64,000 nucleotides of DNA from Nitrospirota bacterium (GTDB taxonomy: Bacteria > Nitrospirota > UBA9217): positions 512,001-576,000 of the forward strand of contig CAWIYV010000014.1 of NCBI GenBank assembly GCA_963840455.1, in the 5' to 3' direction. Every line of letters begins with the position of its first letter. Position 1 is the first letter of the stretch. Under the pieces are notes generated by a model. That model made no database searches, had not been told where the DNA came from, and saw nothing but the letters and a program-made list of their open reading frames with translations. Shown one piece after another: positions 60,695-64,000 of the stretch. A program made the position numbers and the translations under genes.

Positions 60695-61819
60695 TCAGGA
60701 CGCGTCCTGCGGAGATGGGGTGACGCGGTTCCTTCCGTCTTCCTTCGACCGGTAGAGCGCGTCGTCTGCCTGTTTGAGAAGTTCCTCCGGGCGCAGGTCA
60801 TCGCTCCCGCTCAATCCTGCCACGCCGAGACTGACGGTCAAGGCCGTCCCCGAGAACCTGTCCTTGATACCGAAGGAATGCCGCTCAACAACCCGCCGGA
60901 TCCGCTCAGCCACCTTCAGGGCAATGGCGAAATCCAGTTCGGACAGAAGGATCGCAAACTCCTCACCGCCGTATCGGAAGCACATGTCCATGGTCGTATA
61001 CCGGCACTGCCCCTTGATGACCGTGGCCAGCTCCTTGAGGACGGCGTCGCCCGCCTGGTGACCGTAATTGTCGTTGAACTGCTTGAAATGATCGATGTCC
61101 AGCATGATGAGCGAGAGCGGCTTGCCGGTCCTGCTCCGGCGGTTGACCTCCTGCTCCAGTCGTTCCTTGAACACCCGGTGGTTGTAGAGGCCCGTCAGGC
61201 CGTCGAGCTGGGCAAGCTCTTCGGTCCGGGTGAACAGGTGGGACTTCTCGATGCCTGCGGAGATCTGGTGGGAGATCAGAGCGAGGAAGTCCATGTCCTC
61301 GACCGTGAGGCCGTACTTCACCGGGCTGTCGATGCCGATCACCCCGATGGCGGCGTTCCGGGATTTCAGGGCAATGCCGATGTACGCGCCGTCGCGCTTC
61401 TCTTCTCCCGGGACGTGGATGAAATCGTTGAAGGTCTCGTAGAAAAGAGAAAGGTCGTGTATGTGCGAGTGCTCGCCGACCTCGACGATCCTCCCCGGCA
61501 GCCCTTCGCCGATGCCGATGGAAACGGCGCCCTCGACCGGAAGGCCTTTGGCGTAGCGGAGGACCAGCTTCTCCTGGGGCTCATCGGTCAGGTAGAAGGT
61601 GATGCGGTCGAAATTGATGGATTTGTGAATATAGCCGATGATTTCGGGTATCATCGCCTGGAGGTCGTTGGTTGCGGCGATGATCTTGGAGATATTGTAG
61701 AACGTGTGGGCCTGGTTGTTCGACTTTTCGAGCATGCTCCCCAGGCTGTTGTACCGGGTGCGCTGTTCCCCGAGCTCCTGTTCGAGCTGGCGTATGCGCG
61801 CCTTTAGTTCTTCTGACAT
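60695..61819 (-). CDS. GAF-GGDEF diguanylate cyclase
   Basis: DGLTGLYN, DIDHFKQFNDNYGHQAGD and RYGGEEF. Confidence 0.93.
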   Translation of the reverse strand: MSEELKARIRQLEQELGEQRTRYNSLGSMLEKSNNQAHTFYNISKIIAATNDLQAMIPEIIGYIHKSINFDRITFYLTDEPQEKLVLRYAKGLPVEGAVSIGIGEGLPGRIVEVGEHSHIHDLSLFYETFNDFIHVPGEEKRDGAYIGIALKSRNAAIGVIGIDSPVKYGLTVEDMDFLALISHQISAGIEKSHLFTRTEELAQLDGLTGLYNHRVFKERLEQEVNRRSRTGKPLSLIMLDIDHFKQFNDNYGHQAGDAVLKELATVIKGQCRYTTMDMCFRYGGEEFAILLSELDFAIALKVAERIRRVVERHSFGIKDRFSGTALTVSLGVAGLSGSDDLRPEELLKQADDALYRSKEDGRNRVTPSPQDAS

Positions 61820-61963
61820 GGTGTTCCTGTGTTTACCGCACCGGCTGCGGAGAGGGCCGCGCGGCCGTGGAGCCCGAGGAGCGGAAGAACGGGAGCAGGG
61901 GTCCGCTGCAGGAGCAGTCCCCAGATATGGTTCATCATTTTTCGGTCTCCCCAGATCGGCCTG

Positions 61964-62746
61964 TTACGGGACCTTCTTCGGCGGTCCCGTGGAAATGGGG
62001 ATGGACTTTGTCTGCGGAGCCGCGCTTCCAGCGGTCACGGTCGGCGTTGACTTTGCTGGGGGCGCGGGTTTCGTCTCCTGCTTCGGCGCGGGCGTCTCCA
62101 TTGACGCCATCGCGGGTGACGAGATTACGATGACCGTCTTCTTCGCCTTGATCTTAAAGCCGCGCTCGGGCAGCTTGGCCGGGTAGGAGGAGGCCACGAG
62201 CGTTTCGTCGGCCACTCCGTTCTTAACGAGATATTTAACCAGTTCCAGAGTACGACCGGATGCCAGGGTCCGTGCGTCCTTGGCCGGAACCCTTTTCCGT
62301 CCCTTCCCCTGTGCAGGTGCTGGCATCGTTGTGTTGCCGACAAAGATATCCTTATCCTTGACGTCCTTCAGGAGCGATGCAAGGTTGGCGAGGGACTGCT
62401 GGCTGTCTTTGGCAAAGGTCACGGAGTTGGGGGTATACAGGGCCGTTTCCGTGATATTGATCACAATGCGGTTGCCGGCTACGACCACCTCGGCCTTGCC
62501 GTCTGAGATCTCCTTGCTCAGGCCGGCTCTCAGCTTTTCCGCGGTTGGTCCGGTCCATCCGGACTCCAGCTTTTCCCGTTCCTTGTATTTTCCCAATTCC
62601 TTCCGTGCTTTGTCGAATTCAGGCTGGCCAGCCTTGAGCTTCTCATAATCGACGGCCATGGGTTTGTATATAGACAGGAAAAAATAGGCCCCGCTGGCCA
62701 GGGTGACGACCAGCAGCCCGATCAGGATGTAGGTTGCGATCTTCAT
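61964..62746 (-). CDS. Membrane-anchored divergent OmpA/MotB-like protein
   Basis: N-terminal TM, coiled coil, and a degenerate OmpA-like core (IFVGNT...LASGR...VKYLVKNGV). Confidence 0.6.
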   Translation of the reverse strand: MKIATYILIGLLVVTLASGAYFFLSIYKPMAVDYEKLKAGQPEFDKARKELGKYKEREKLESGWTGPTAEKLRAGLSKEISDGKAEVVVAGNRIVINITETALYTPNSVTFAKDSQQSLANLASLLKDVKDKDIFVGNTTMPAPAQGKGRKRVPAKDARTLASGRTLELVKYLVKNGVADETLVASSYPAKLPERGFKIKAKKTVIVISSPAMASMETPAPKQETKPAPPAKSTPTVTAGSAAPQTKSIPISTGPPKKVP

Positions 62747-62843
62747 GCTTCCTCCTTGCATGGATGCAGATGGCAGATTGTCGGACAACGGTCTGGAGCA
62801 GGATGCTGTCCGTTCCCTGTAGTCAGGGAGCGGCCGTTTGATG

Positions 62844-64000
62844 TTACCGCAGCGCTTTCACCGCTGCTTCGATGCGGTCCAGGCCCTTCGTGATGTTCTC
62901 CATAGACGTGGCATAGGAGAGCCGGATATAGGCGTCAGCGCCGAAGGAATCTCCCGACACGAGCGCCGCCTTCGCTGACTCCAGCAGGTATGCCGCAAGG
63001 TCCGCGGAGTTCTTGATCGTCTTCCCGCCAAATGACTTTCCGTAGAGCTTAGCAACATTGGGGAATGCATAGAAAGCGCCGACAGGCATGAGGCAGGATA
63101 TCCCCTCCATGGCGTTCAAGCGCCCCACCATGTATTTCCTGCGCTTGTCGAACTCGGCGTTCATCACGGGGATGAAGTCCTGGGGCCCGCGGAGCGCTTC
63201 GAGGGCAGCTTTCTGTGAGATGGATGCAGGGTTCGACGTGCTCTGGCTCTGGATGTTGGCCATGGCCGTGATGACGTCCTTGGGTCCGGCCGCGAAACCG
63301 ATGCGCCAGCCGGTCATGGCATGGGACTTGGACACGCCGTTCACCACGATGGTGAGGTCCTTGATCTCCGGGCCGAGGGACGCGATGCTGTAATGTTTGA
63401 AGCCGTCATAGACAAGCTTTTCGTAGATCTCATCGGAGATCACATAGATCTTGTGCTTCACGGCCACAGCCGCGATCTCTTCCAGGGTCGCTCTGTCGTA
63501 GGCCAGGCCGGTGGGGTTCGAAGGACTGTTCAGCACGATTGCCTTGGTCCTCTTCGTGACGGCCTTCTCCAGCTTCGCCGCCGATATCCGGAACCCTTCC
63601 TGCTCTGTGGTCTCGACGATGACCGGTTTCGCGTCATTGAGCAGGACCTGGTCCGGATAGGAGACCCAGTACGGCGAGGGGATGATTACTTCGTCGCCGG
63701 GATCGAAGACGGCCTCGGCGATGTTGTAGAGACTGTGCTTGGCGCCGCAGGAGACGAGCACCTGGGACTTCTCATAGACGAGCCCGTTGTCCTTCTTGAA
63801 CTTCTCGACGACCGCTTCCTTGAGCTCGTCGGTCCCGCCGGCCGGCGTGTACTTGGTGAATCCCGACTGGATCGCTTTGATGCCGGCCTGCTTTACGTTC
63901 TCAGGGGTGTCGAAGTCAGGTTCTCCGACACCGAAATCAACGACATCGATGCCCTGCGCCTTCATGGCCTTGGCCTTTGCGGCCATGGCCAGGGTGGGTG
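62844..64000 (-). CDS. Class I PLP aminotransferase (aspartate aminotransferase-like), start outside the window
   Basis: GEPDFDTP, NSPSNPTG, SDEIY and SKSHAMTGWRIG. Confidence 0.93.
   Translation of the reverse strand, partial: PTLAMAAKAKAMKAQGIDVVDFGVGEPDFDTPENVKQAGIKAIQSGFTKYTPAGGTDELKEAVVEKFKKDNGLVYEKSQVLVSCGAKHSLYNIAEAVFDPGDEVIIPSPYWVSYPDQVLLNDAKPVIVETTEQEGFRISAAKLEKAVTKRTKAIVLNSPSNPTGLAYDRATLEEIAAVAVKHKIYVISDEIYEKLVYDGFKHYSIASLGPEIKDLTIVVNGVSKSHAMTGWRIGFAAGPKDVITAMANIQSQSTSNPASISQKAALEALRGPQDFIPVMNAEFDKRRKYMVGRLNAMEGISCLMPVGAFYAFPNVAKLYGKSFGGKTIKNSADLAAYLLESAKAALVSGDSFGADAYIRLSYATSMENITKGLDRIEAAVKALR

Noticed and set aside
60695-61819. Hypr-type GGDEF making 3',3'-cGAMP for the riboswitch
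   Set aside because: It retains the canonical Asp in GHQAGD rather than Ser/Thr, and it is not linked to the riboswitch.

Overview
About 60% GC bacterial chromosome segment, mostly housekeeping genes. Gene content and repeat style suggest Nitrospirota or a Desulfobacterota-like anaerobe; this is inference only. Main blocks: TPR and tRNA nucleotidyltransferase genes; a c7 cytochrome; VanZ genes; an A2-type cytochrome c oxidase operon ending in a Cys-rich protein and an O-methyltransferase; trpS; a lower-GC tRNA-Ala island (integrase remnant, GEMM riboswitch, two lipoproteins, IS1595); a MacAB-like ABC exporter; purMN; a long yceD-rpmF-plsX-fab-rnc operon; bioA; a Do-family protease; yebC-ruvCAB-queH-spoIID; a GGDEF protein; and an aminotransferase. 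Three top leads. (1) An acyl-CoA dehydrogenase plus bifurcating-type EtfAB (ferredoxin-fused EtfA) sits inside the fatty-acid synthesis operon, a candidate non-canonical enoyl-thioester reductase. (2) The methyltransferase TGA falls at a Cys position (CPE*G), with a SECIS-like hairpin and a Cys-rich continuation, a candidate new selenoprotein domain. (3) A tandem [att - riboswitch - lipoprotein - tail] cassette sits at tRNA-Ala. Several repeat families occur, including heptamer arrays that lie in frame inside genes. All calls come from reading the sequence; no searches were run.
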